From the NCBI RefSeq assembly GCF_001194135.2, contig NC_068988.1, positions 14,536,144 to 14,568,255 on the forward strand: a DNA stretch of 32,112 bases, read 5' to 3'. Under the pieces are notes generated by a model, which had not been told where the DNA came from, did no database searches, and worked only from the letters and a program-made list of their open reading frames with translations. Shown one piece after another: positions 10,159 through 21,816 of this stretch. Within the stretch, counting starts at the first letter, position 1, and every line of letters begins with the position of its first letter. The translations under genes were made by a program, and so were the position numbers. The stretch is from Octopus bimaculoides. Taxonomy: Eukaryota.

Positions 10159-10894
10159 TACATACATATATATATGTATGCATAAGTATATATACTTACA
10201 GATAGATAGATAGATAGATAGATTTTGTTGCATCTTGGAACAGATATTGTAACAATAAAAAACACGTGCGCTGATTCTATTTCACTTCTTTGAGAATCGT
10301 TAGAGGTATTTCTTTCGATTCGTTATACGTCCTGAGATCAAATTGCTGGCTTTGTGCAAAAATTCGAAAGAATTATTAATAGTTAACTATTTAACCATTC
10401 GATAAATTAGTTAATCTTTTGTATGATTAATTTTTCCTTCCATCAATCAAACTGATATGTCCGTCAGAGTCTTTTCGTTACCATTCGCAATTTCATGAAT
10501 AACATGCCTTTTTTGCTCCAGATCTGCCTGTCTCCTAGTTTCACATCCTATATCCATACTTATTGGGATTTGTGTGAGAATGTGAGAAATTGTGTTTTTA
10601 CTCGCGGTGGGGATTCTATGAGCGTTTGGAAAAGAACGTGTTTCTACGCGCTTGCACCCTTGTATGCGTGTGTTGTGGATTCTATGGAAGGTGTGAGTGG
10701 TTAAACATTTATTTATTTACAGATTTATTTTATAGTTACTGCCTTTGTCTTTGGAAATGGGCTACAAGTGTACAGACTACGTCGGTTCATGTGCACGCGT
10801 GTATGGGCATTCAAATGCAGTCACTTTAAATATCTTAGGAGCACATCCAGATTCTTGCAAATCAAATACAAAATCAAAATAGTAATAGGTTATA

Positions 10895-11070
10895 TATCGA
10901 TATCTAACTGCCTTCAAAACGCGGAGTACATGGAACAGGGACAACTGACGAAGGGGTATACATTTTATGTTGCATGTCTCGTTTCTCTGTTTTTTTGTTC
11001 TTTTTTTCGTTGTTCGAAAAAGTTCGTTTTCTGTTTTCGTTTTTATGTTTTCGTTTCTCATTGTGTTTAA
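10895..11070 (+). repeat. Dispersed repeat, copy B of the GAAAC...CTGANGA family
   Basis: ccttcAAAACgcggagtacatggaacagggacaaCTGACGAaggggtatacattttatgttgcatgtctcgtttctctgt; colinear with copy A. Confidence 0.45.
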
Positions 11071-11469
11071 CGTATTTTTGATATCCTGTACCCATATATG
11101 CATGTATGTATACATATAGATGTAGGTATGTACATATATGTATGGATATATGCATATATTTATATATTATTTATATTATTATATAGTATGATGGATTATC
11201 TCCGACGGTCAACAATGGCGATTTAGTTCAATCAATTGATCCAATTAGTGGCTCATCATTCCAAACACGATTATTTTCAGGCATAATCAGCAAGAGTCTG
11301 AAATGACACCAAAATGATTGTCTATAAAATTTAGTCTTATCTATACATTTAACATCTCTTGTGTTTTCTCTGTCTGAGTTGCTACGACTTAAATTTGTGT
11401 TTTTTTCTTGTCGTTTATGTCTCATCTCCACTATATCAGTCTCTGAAAACCATATCTCATGGTATATTT

Positions 11470-11600
11470 GTTAACATTTCTGCGGTTGACGTTTCTGTGG
11501 TTGACGTTTCTGCTTTCAGGGATCGAAACTGCAAAGATCTCTGGATAGACAGCTGATGATGGGAAAATATTTCCTTCGCTCCGTCTGCTACATGTTCTTA
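11470..11600 (+). repeat. Possible copy C of the GAAAC...CTGANGA family, preceded by a 15-bp x3 tandem (GGTTGACGTTTCTGY)
   Basis: GAAAC 11525-29, 23-nt spacer, CTGATGA 11553-59, then hairpin GGGAA-AATAT-TTCC. Homology to copies A and B is weaker. Confidence 0.35.
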
Positions 11601-11809
11601 TAACTTGTGCCTAATTTCTCTCATTTCTATATCACTGCACACAGACTCCTTTTCTTATCTATCTCTTTATATATGTGTATGTGTACGGGCACATATACCC
11701 ATATACGTGTGCGTATGTGTGCGTGCGTACGTATGTGTGTCTGTGTGTGTATGTGTGCGTGTGTTTGTGTGTCTGTGTCTGTGCGTGTGTATGTATGTAT
11801 GTGCGTGTA

Positions 11810-11891
<82 letters not shown>

Positions 11892-12534
11892 CGCCTTATC
11901 CGAAACTTTCGGTTTCTTACACGTACAATGAATCTCCCGCATTCTTCAACTATACGGAGATGCCGACAATTAACTAGGGTACTATATGACTTTTCAAATA
12001 CCAGATCATGACCAAGATTTGATTTTAAAATCTATTCCCTTTTTCGTTCTTTATTTGCAGTCAATCCTTCCAGAGCATTGGCAGCGTAGAAGAAGTAATG
12101 GATGGAATGGTAGCTACTGTTTCCCCTTAGTTGGGCTTCTCATTCCGATAGCAATAACAACATATTACATGATAATTCTAACATTTAATACCTGCAACAC
12201 AAACATTAAAACCTTAATACTAAACATTAACCCTTAAACCGGCTGGTGCTAATGCGTCAGTAATTTAATATTGAAGCAAGCTTGCAACAAGGTGTTATAT
12301 ATGCAAGATCAAAGAAGGAAAGAGAGACACAAAGGAAGAAAGACGGGAAGTAAGAAGGTTAAAAACATTGAAAGAAAGACGTAAATACCTAAATAACGAA
12401 ATCTTGCGTAATCTCCCTGTTTTAAACAGTTCTAATCTATTCTGTTAATAGCTAGCCTTTTCGGAAAATGATAAGAAAATATACGTTTTTTTAATGCTAT
12501 GTTTCCTAGTATTTGATTGTTTTAACAAAGCATG

Positions 12535-12575
<41 letters not shown>

Positions 12576-12579
<4 letters not shown>

Positions 12580-13855
12580 GTTGGCAACTAGGTTTCCGGC
12601 GCTTTTTTTTTACTTTTGGAATTTATTCCGTTTTTAAATTTTGGAATCTAATTTTTTCGAGAATTCTATTTTTGTATCATTTTGGAATCTATTTTGCTTT
12701 GTTTTGTTTTGTTTGTTTTTTTTCTAGTTAATTTTAGTTAATTTTTGCTTATTTTCAAATCATTAAAATGGAATGTCAAGTTAAGAAAAACGAGCATTTT
12801 CGACACCTTTTGCTTTTAATCAAGGTTCTAAGGCCGCAAAAGCTGCTCGCGACATTTGTGCTGTGTATGGAGAGGGTCCGATAGCTGAAAGAACCGCTCG
12901 TGATTGGTATGCCAAGTTCAAAAATGGAAATTTTGACCTCAAAGTCGCACCTCGTACTGGCCATCCTGTTGAGTTCGATGAAGAGCGATTAAACCAACTT
13001 TTGCACGAAAATTCTCGTCAAACGACAAGGTAACTGGCAGAGAAAATGGAATGATCCCACATTGCTATAGAGAAGCATCTTCACTCGATGGGAAAGCTTC
13101 AGAAGTATGGAGCATGGGTTCCGCATGCTTTAAATGACAACAACAAAAATCAATGAGCCACAATCTCCGCTAGTTTGCTTGCTCGTCACCGCTCAACTTC
13201 TGGACACAAGCAACGATTTCTTTACCGAATCGTTACTGGCGACGAAAAATGGTGCCGGTACATCAATATGAAGCAGCGTAAAGAATGGCTTAGCCCCTGT
13301 AAACAAGCGACACTGCGCGCGTGAAGCAAGATCTTCATCCGCGTAAAACGATGTTGTGCGTATGGGGGAACAGGGAAGGGATTATCCATTACGAATTGCT
13401 TGAACGGAACCAAACGGTCAACGCGGAACTCCATGTTCAACAGATGGAACGACTCAACACAGCTATTCAAGAGAAAAGACCTAATCGACAGCATGGAGTT
13501 CTTCTGCTGCACGACAACGCTCGCCCTCATATCGCCAATATGATCAAGGAAGCCATTCAAACGCATGGCTGGGAAGTGCTGCCACACTCGCCCTACTCTC
13601 CTGATTTGGCACCAACGGATTTCCACCTCTTTCGATCTCTTTCAAACGCTATGCGCGGAGTTTCGTTCAATTCTGATTCAGAATTGAGAGCTTGGTTGGA
13701 TTTTTCGAGTTGAAATCGGGTGAGGTATTGAAAATCTTGTTGAACGTTGAGAAGAAGTTGTAAACAACAAGGGTGATTACATTATTGATTAATTAGTCAT
13801 TATTTTTTATTAAACCTTTAAAAAAATTTAAATTTAAAAAAACGGTGGGAACTTA
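12576..13855 (+). mobile_element. Near full-length mariner transposon (D34D), mellifera-subfamily-like, inserted in a (TA)n tract
   Basis: 5' TIR TTGGGTTGGCAACTAGGTTTCCGGCG after TA. The 3' TIR start aaaaacggtgggaactta runs into the gap at 13856. Confidence 0.95.
12768..13792 (+). pseudogene. Mariner transposase pseudogene
   Basis: MECQVKKNEHFRHLL..., GAWVPHAL, RIVTGDEKW, LLHDNARPH-(D34D)-YSPDLAPTDFHLF, ending GDYIID*. Several in-frame stops and frameshifts (e.g. ~12820, ~13030, ~13050, ~13155, ~13315, ~13705). Confidence 0.95.
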
Positions 13856-14298
13856 NNNNNNNNNNNNNNNNNNNNNNNNNNNNNNNNNNNNNNNNNNNNN
13901 NNNNNNNNNNNNNNNNNNNNNNNNNNNNNNNNNNNNNNNNNNNNNNNNNNNNNNNNNNNNNNNNNNNNNNNNNNNNNNNNNNNNNNNNNNNNNNNNNNNN
14001 NNNNNNNNNNNNNNNNNNNNNNNNNNNNNNNNNNNNNNNNNNNNNNNNNNNNNNNNNNNNNNNNNNNNNNNNNNNNNNNNNNNNNNNNNNNNNNNNNNNN
14101 NNNNNNNNNNNNNNNNNNNNNNNNNNNNNNNNNNNNNNNNNNNNNNNNNNNNNNNNNNNNNNNNNNNNNNNNNNNNNNNNNNNNNNNNNNNNNNNNNNNN
14201 NNNNNNNNNNNNNNNNNNNNNNNNNNNNNNNNNNNNNNNNNNNNNNNNNNNNNNNNNNNNNNNNNNNNNNNNNNNNNNNNNNNNNNNNNNNNNNNNNN

Positions 14299-14378
<80 letters not shown>
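14299..14378 (+). repeat. (TAGA)n microsatellite
   Basis: Read directly; abuts a gap. Confidence 0.97.
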
Positions 14379-14550
14379 TTATGAGAGCACACATACCCTC
14401 TGTTAGAACGTTATTCGCGAGTACCATATAAAATATTTAATTATATATACATTATATGCTTGAATATTTATATACCCATGAATATTTATATAGTTCTGTT
14501 GCGTCACTTCGCTCACCATATTTTTCCCTTTTTAATCTCATTTAAATAAG

Positions 14551-14554
<4 letters not shown>

Positions 14555-14643
<89 letters not shown>
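14555..14643 (+). repeat. (TG)n microsatellite
   Basis: Read directly. Other long (TG)/(TATG)/(TA) tracts at ~9120-9170, 9290-9345, 10086-10155, 11815-11888 and 28845-28912. Confidence 0.97.
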
Positions 14644-14645
<2 letters not shown>

Positions 14646-15138
14646 CTGAGTATGCCTGTGTGTGACTGTATCTGTGTCACATGTTCAGCTTTATTTGTAA
14701 CTGTTTACCTGTAGAGCACTCATGACTCGCGTCTCAAAAAGCCAGGAAGCTAGAATGAGTGTCCTTGACGTAACAAGCAGCTTTAGTCTGTGTTTCATTT
14801 ATTTTATTTATTTCTATATTCATTCATTCATTCATTATATAATTTACAAATAGCAAATGTCGTTAAAATGGCAAATACTGGACCAACATTGTTTGCTATG
14901 CTCTTTCGAAGATTATTAATTGCTGTCACATCCTTTCACTAAGATGTTAATACCCGCTTCCCAAGAAGTCAAAACAGACGAATAAAGCATACATCAAGAA
15001 CACATCTCTTAACATTGTTTATACTTCAATTAACTCTCTCTATAAACACTTGAGAGAAATGGAGAAATTATTCAATGCAATCACAACTGGCTGACAAAAC
15101 AATGTAACGAAACAGGACAAAATTAGAGAAATGTATTC

Positions 15139-15475
15139 GTGCTGGTTTCGGGTTCAGTCCCACAGCGTGGTGCCTTCTCAGATTGTCTTCTGCTATAGCC
15201 CCCAGACCGACCATTACTTTGTGCATAAAATATATATGAACATATTTATGTATATATGTACGTATATGTGCTTGTCTCTGTTTTTATGTTTGTCCCCACC
15301 ACCGCTTATCAGCCAGTAATGGTTTATGAACGCCCCCGTAACTCAGCAGTTCGGCGAAAGAGATCGTTAGAATAAATACTGCACTTAAAATTAAGTACTG
15401 AGATCGATTTGTTTGATTAAACCATTCAATTTGTTCTCCAGTATGGTCCACTGATCGAAACAAATAAACGATAAT
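15139..15475 (+). mobile_element. Degenerate two-part SINE (9524 family): 5' half, TA/TG spacer, 3' half
   Basis: ggttcagtcccacagcgtgg...ttctgctatagcc..., short spacer, then gtttgtccccaccaccgc...cccgtaactcagcagttcggcgaaagag...aagtactg...gaaacaaataaa; colinear with 24828-25222. Confidence 0.75.
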
Positions 15476-16569
15476 ATATTGACGTCACCTGCATGAAAAA
15501 AGTACTTAAGTTGTGATTATATTTAATGTATTACTCGCTAGAAAAACTAATCAGAAATAATCTAGTAATGAGGAAACGACTGTATTGGTTACAAATAACT
15601 TATCTATTCATTCTCAAACGTTATGGTAGATTCAGACATAATTATCTGATAGTTATTGCTTTTCATCATCAGAGAACATTTCCCACGGACAATGCGTGTT
15701 GATAACATACTTTTTGTTCCGGGTGAAAGTCCCCTTATACCTGTAAATGGTATGTATTATGAAAACACATCGTCTAAATGTGAAGATGTTCTCCGATGGC
15801 GAAAAACCAACATCGATCAGACATTCTTGTTCAGATCTGCCAGAACGTAATGAGAATTAAGAGCTGCGTAATTTTTTGGAATCCCACTGTTCTGTTTGCA
15901 TTCCATGAATTATTAACTGTTTGGCGGAGATCAGCATGCATCAGCAAATAGATTGTTTGCTTTTTTTTTCTGTAACGAAGAACCTTTACTCTTGTTAAAC
16001 GTATCGGTCTGGATGGGTAACTTTGACTGTGAAGACACATAATAAGGTTGAAACACTGTGGTGTCTCAGCATCTCCTTACATAGGTGAAATCACGTGTAA
16101 TAAACACGTATCGTCTAAAGGAGACATTCAATGTCGACGAGTAACAACAGTGATCAGATATTCACGTTCGAATTTGCTGGAACATATTGAGAGTAAATAG
16201 ATACGTAGTTTGAATCTCGTTGTTCTGCTCGAACCTCATGAATTACTATATTAGTAAATTACTAACATTATTTTTTAATGTTTATATTCTAGCACGAACT
16301 AACAGAGCCTCTACGCGATAAATTTGCCTGCCTAAAATAGTGACCAGAGCTCCCACACATCATATCTTATAGTATTCAAAAAAGAGGATTATTCCTTGAT
16401 GTACACAAAAATGGGTGGAAAACTTTCACAGTAGATCTATTGAAGTTACAAATAACCAGCTATATTCACTCATAATTAACATCCTACCGTTATAAGTAGA
16501 AAGGATCACCATATTCGAAAACCAATGTCAATGGTAAATACGTTATCTTTAAGGTAGCATGTTTGCGCT

Positions 16570-16619
<50 letters not shown>

Positions 16620-17019
16620 GATGAACCTTTGTTTTCACGGTAGATTGGAACCACTTGTTACCGTGCAAATCGAAATCGTGTCAAATGATGGAGATACTTT
16701 TTTAATTATATCATTTATAACACGGTCACATAAAATTTGAACGATTAGTTTTTTTTTTAAATAGAGATAATAAATACTATTATCGTATGCGCGTGTGTAT
16801 ACTTGTATATGCGTGATGCGTAGTACTAGATATAATTTTCTATCCAAAATAACAGAGCTTTTCCTATTGCTTCCATACGTTAAAACGAATGCATGATGTA
16901 TGCTTTGAAATTACTGAAGATCCAGAAGATCCAACAGTTGTTTCGTTTCTATTGAACCTTTACAAGTTGATCTAAAATATTAGCTTCAAATCTTGACACA
17001 GTGACAACAATAACAAGGA

Positions 17020-17085
17020 AGTGGGTAAGTCGATTACTTCGACCCCAGTGTTCCACTGATACTTATTTTATCAACCCCTAAAGGC
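17020..17085 (-). mobile_element. SINE central/3' domain fragment
   Basis: Reverse strand gcctttaggggttgataaaataagtatcagtggaacactggggtcgaagtaatcgact matches the central domain of the 6180/25983 family. Confidence 0.7.
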
Positions 17086-17520
17086 TTTTCTTGATGATCT
17101 CTGACAACTATATCCGGCTTATTGGCCTTAATTTCTCTATATGTGTGCATTGGCACATCTCAGACTACGGTTGCTTTCTCATTTTCTGTGACCTTTTCTG
17201 GCGTGTGCCTATACCATCTTTTTTCTGTTATTCCATAGTGTTGGCATAGCTTCTAGTGTATATAGATCCCAACTCTGTCGTGTCACTTATTCTGCTGTTA
17301 CTTGTATTTCTTTTCATTAAGTGTTTTTGATAATTTCTGAACGAAAATCTTTGGTCATGTGCTGCAATTAAAAATCCTTCAGTCTCTGCATTGAGTCCTC
17401 AGCTTCTCAGCCATTGTTGAGATTTTGCTTTGTCTATTCCTTTTCTGTTTAGTTTAACCTAGTATTTGCCATAAAGGGGCTTTTCTTACCATCGTTTTAT
17501 CATGATCCGTTACTGTTCTA
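17085..17520 (-). mobile_element. R4/Dong-type non-LTR retrotransposon fragment (post-RT region to REL endonuclease; zinc knuckle deleted)
   Basis: Reverse translation W*EKPLYGKY...IDKAKSQQWLRS*GLNAETEGFLIAAHDQ...HDRVGIYIH*KLCQHYGITEKRWYRHTPEKVTENEKATVV*D...EIKANKPDIVVRD, the typical R4/Dong C-terminal pattern with a PD motif. Confidence 0.85.
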
Positions 17521-17594
17521 GTTTTTGTTTGGATTTCAGTTGTTTTACAGCTTCTGTTGTTATTTCTTTTTCTTCATATTTGTTAGGTATTATA

Positions 17595-17659
<65 letters not shown>

Positions 17660-17688
17660 ACACACATTGTGTGTGTGTGTGTGTGTGT

Positions 17689-17890
17689 AGGTGTGCTATA
17701 ATCGAGCTGATCTACTTGTCTTTATATATACAGGGTGTCCACAAAGTCTGGGTACATGGAGTAAATAAAATCATAACATAATTAAATATAAGAAATAATA
17801 ATTTCTTAAAGTATGTGTTAATCCCCATGTACCCAGACTTTGTGGACACCCTGTATAAAGCAAGAAGATCAGCTCGACTATGGCATACCT
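17689..17890. mobile_element. Short palindromic MITE (outer), split at its central TA by a second MITE
   Basis: Left arm aggtgtgctataatcgagctgatctacttgtctttata versus reverse complement of right arm aggtatgccatagtcgagctgatcttcttg-ctttata. Confidence 0.8.
17731..17853. mobile_element. Tc1/mariner-type MITE (inner, 123 bp)
   Basis: Perfect 29-bp TIR CAGGGTGTCCACAAAGTCTGGGTACATGG (17731-59 and 17825-53); TA TSD at 17729-30 and 17854-55; AT-rich core. Confidence 0.95.
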
Positions 17891-18567
17891 TGTGCTACTA
17901 ACCTCCACAACGATTGCATTACGTATTTGATATTTAAGAAAAAGCAAAGTTACTAGGCGAAACGGACCTCAGTTTATGCAGACAGTGTTGCAGTTTTTAC
18001 AATGATCAGCAGCGTTTTTATAATGCGACGATATACCTTGACTAAAGACTTATTCGTCACCAGTGAAAAAGAAAAGAAAACGAAAGCTATTTCTCCAGAG
18101 AAAATTTCCGCTTATATTTATAATGTATTAATAATTCCTATATTGAATACTTTCAAGTTAATAACTTCATAGAACACTCAAGTCAAATAACGTTACAAGT
18201 ATTTCGTGGTTTAAGATCTCAACAATCTGAAAAGCATTGCCTGTACACACACACACACANNNNNNNNNNNNNNNNNNNNNNNNNNNNNNNNNNNNNNNNN
18301 NNNNNNNNNNNNNNNNNNNNNNNNNNNNNNNNNNNNNNNNNNNNNNNNNNNNNNNNNNNNNNNNNNNNNNNNNNNNNNNNNNNNNNNNNNNNNNNNNNNN
18401 NNNNNNNNNNNNNNNNNNNNNNNNNNNNNNNNNNNNNNNNNNNNNNNNNNNNNNNNNNNNNNNNNNNNNNNNNNNNNNNNNNNNNNNNNNNNNNNNNNNN
18501 NNNNNNNNNNNNNNNNNNNNNNNNNNNNNNNNNNNNNNNNNNNNNNNNNNNNNNNNNNNNNNNNNNN

Positions 18568-18600
<33 letters not shown>

Positions 18601-18689
18601 TATGTATGTATGTATGTACGTATGTACATGCAATATCTTTCAGATTGCTGAAGTTCAATCGTAAACCACGAAATATTTGTACATACATA

Positions 18690-18720
<31 letters not shown>

Positions 18721-19415
18721 CTTTCAATGTGTGTGTCTGTGTGTCTCTGTGTGTGTGCACGCGTGTGTGTGTGCATGCGTGCGCCTGTGTGCACATGTGT
18801 ATGTGTGTGCGTTAGTTATCTGAATTGAGTTCATAACGATATCTGTTTAAAAGAATTACAAAATGTTTTTGTGATTTTCTTTAAAAGACATTCTTCAGCT
18901 CGGAAACATATTAACTTCATCCTATTACCTACTTCATAAAGATTACAAGAAACACTCGATTTATTAACTAAAGTAATATCTAACATCTACATTGAGTAAA
19001 TAGATATACTGGATTACATATATTCAGAATTCTATTTAAATTCTTAGAACGCATTTCTTTTATCCATCTAGAGGCCATTTCTTTTGTTCACATAGAGGTC
19101 GAAGCGAATAAAAATACTGAAACGAGGTTGAGACCAATTTGCTTAGCAGACATTTCTGTCACGGTTTCTAACTTATATAATATACATTTACAACTGAATC
19201 TCCAACTATAGATGACTTTAAAATGGACTTATTCTTTCCGACATCGAGTGGTGTTCACATAAAGTCAAACATTGATTGATATTGGCATCCCAATAAATGG
19301 TATACTAAAATCAACTGGTAAGTTTACCAGTTAAAACGATTTCTCTTGACATGCGCAGAACAAACCAATTTGATTTTCTAGTAAATGAGGTATTTTTCTC
19401 TGTCTTCTTTTCCAG

Positions 19416-19556
19416 TCGGCTATTCAGCAGATGAAGTGATCTACAAGTGGCACCCTGGACTGAAAGAACCTGTTGAAATCGCATCTCATATGACCTTGAA
19501 CCAATTCGACCTGATTGGTTATCCTGCAAGCAACTTTACTAAACTAATCAAAGACA
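19416..19556 (+). CDS. Internal coding exon (141 nt, phase 1/phase 1) of a Cys-loop ligand-gated ion channel subunit of the GABA-A/glycine receptor group, most like Drosophila Grd ('GABA receptor alpha-like'); ligand-binding domain from loop B towards loop C
   Basis: Polypyrimidine tract and acceptor tatttttctctgtcttcttttccAG end at 19415; donor GTACGT at 19557. Translation (x)GYSADEVIYKWHPGLKEPVEIASHMTLNQFDLIGYPASNFTKLIKD matches the family pattern GY...V.Y.W...V.I...L.QFDL and the Grd-type PAxNxT sequon (Grd sequence recalled, not searched). Length and symmetric phase 1 match the equivalent ~138-147 nt exon of GABA-A subunit genes. Confidence 0.88.
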
Positions 19557-20793
19557 GTACGTACAATAAATACCACAGTTTCTTATTCGTACATGTAAAG
19601 CGTTATCGGTTTTCTCTAACAAATATTATCATTAATATTACATTAAAGCAGTACTGCATTGCATTTCATATATATATNNNNNNNNNNNNNNNNNNNNNNN
19701 NNNNNNNNNNNNNNNNNNNNNNNNNNNNNNNNNNNNNNNNNNNNNNNNNNNNNNNNNNNNNNNNNNNNNNNNNNNNNNNNNNNNNNNNNNNNNNNNNNNN
19801 NNNNNNNNNNNNNNNNNNNNNNNNNNNNNNNNNNNNNNNNNNNNNNNNNNNNNNNNNNNNNNNNNNNNNNNNNNNNNNNNNNNNNNNNNNNNNNNNNNNN
19901 NNNNNNNNNNNNNNNNNNNNNNNNNNNNNNNNNNNNNNNNNNNNNNNNNNNNNNNNNNNNNNNNNNNNNNNNNNNNNNNNNNNNNNNNNNNNNNNNNNNN
20001 NNNNNNNNNNNNNNNNNNNNNNNNNNNNNNNNNNNNNNNNNNNNNNNNNNNNNNNNNNNNNNNNNNNNNNNNNNNNNNNNNNNNNNNNNNNNNNNNNNNN
20101 NNNNNNNNNNNNNNNNNNNNNNNNNNNNNNNNNNNNNNNNNNNNNNNNNNNNNNNNNNNNNNCATATATATATATATATATGACTTTTAATTGTAAGGCT
20201 TCATAAGCGACTTAAGGGACATATTGAGTTTCGAGGGCCGAAGTGATTCAAAGGCTTAGAATGGCTCTTATCAAACTAAATTATGAATCGCAAAATTTCT
20301 CATTATATGGCTATAAACATAATTATGATAATTCTAAAAACTTTTTTATGAAAAAAAATCCAATTAACTGTCACGTGATAATGCAATGATTTCAGAATAT
20401 AGCTGTTAGCCCAGCTAAGCAAAGAAATAGATGAATAAATAAAGTGTGTATGTTCATATACATCGTGTGTATGTGTGTGTATGTGTACAAGTATGTATGT
20501 AATATCCATATATGCATAATTACAAACATACAGATCCATACATACAAACGTATGTACATACATACAGCCAGATAGCCAGACATGTATACATACATAGAGG
20601 TAGAGTAGTGAGAGACAGATGAAAGTGAATGTGTATGTGTATATGTATATATATGTGTGTGTGTGTGTGCGTGTGTGTATGTGTGCATGTATATATGTAT
20701 AGACAGAAAGGAGAAAGGAGAGAGAATATATACGCATAATACATGCGATGTACACATATCTAACACACACACACCTCTCCCTCCGTTCCACTT

Positions 20794-20843
<50 letters not shown>

Positions 20844-20947
20844 AGATNNNNNNNNNNNNNNNNNNNNNNNNNNNNNNNNNNNNNNNNNNNNNNNNNNNNN
20901 NNNNNNNNNNNNNNNNNNNNNNNNNNNNNNNNNNNNNNNNNNNNNNN

Positions 20948-21004
<57 letters not shown>

Positions 21005-21014
21005 TACATATATA

Positions 21015-21058
<44 letters not shown>

Positions 21059-21379
21059 CACATACATGCATATATACAAATGCATATGAGTGTTTGAGTT
21101 AGTATGAGCGTGTGTGTATGTATACATGAATGTAGTATTTGCATACAAAAGTATTCAATTATCTCAGTTATTTACAAGCCGAGCACAGCAAAAAAAAGAA
21201 TCAATAATAATAATAATAATATCTTAAATATATATATAAACTTTATATCTACCATATCTATTACATCATTAAACCTGTTTCTTAGAAATAGCCGGTTTGA
21301 AAGTGAACTATTTTCAGCAAATTGTTAGACGTGCTTCAACCTACATTAGTCTAGACTATTTCTATATTTGATCAATAAA

Positions 21380-21381
21380 TG

Positions 21382-21464
<83 letters not shown>
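21380..21464 (+). repeat. (AAT)n microsatellite
   Basis: Read directly. Further (AAT/TTA)n arrays at ~26193-26250, 26958-27010, 28311-28420, 30630-30780 and 31922-32008. Confidence 0.97.
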
Positions 21465-21465
<1 letters not shown>

Positions 21466-21816
21466 TTTCCCGAAATGGCTTTTCACTATTTTTTCATTAT
21501 TTTTATAGTATCATATTTTTATTATTAGGATAAGAATTATTTCAATGGTTATAGTAGTTTTGTGAATGCACATACGTACCTGAGTTTGCGTTCTAGCTTC
21601 AATTCTTCAGCTGAAGCAGAATTCTTTACAAAGCTAATGCTCGTTATTTCCTTGCACTGCTGAAAGGCCATTAGACCATTTCTGTGTTCGCCTGGTCCAA
21701 TGGCGGTGACTTTCTGTGGCCGTAGTTTTTTTTTTTTTGTTTTTTTTTTTTGCTAGAAAGAACAATTGAGTCTTCCCCAAAATTACGTTCTACAGTCTTG
21801 CAAACAAACAAAAAAA

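Noticed and set aside
12051-12130. Good-looking acceptor ttatttgcag and a short open frame, as a candidate second receptor exon
   Set aside because: No frame resembles Cys-loop receptor sequence and there is no convincing donor of matching phase.
19416-19556. Possibility that the exon belongs to the octopus chemotactile receptor (nAChR-derived) family
   Set aside because: The GY...Y.W...L.QF pattern and Grd-like PAxNxT fit the GABA/glycine branch rather than nAChR-type subunits.
19385-20206. 273-aa ORF starting at ATG 19385
   Set aside because: Only 19416-19556 is coding. The upstream part is the polypyrimidine tract and the downstream part is intron and gap.
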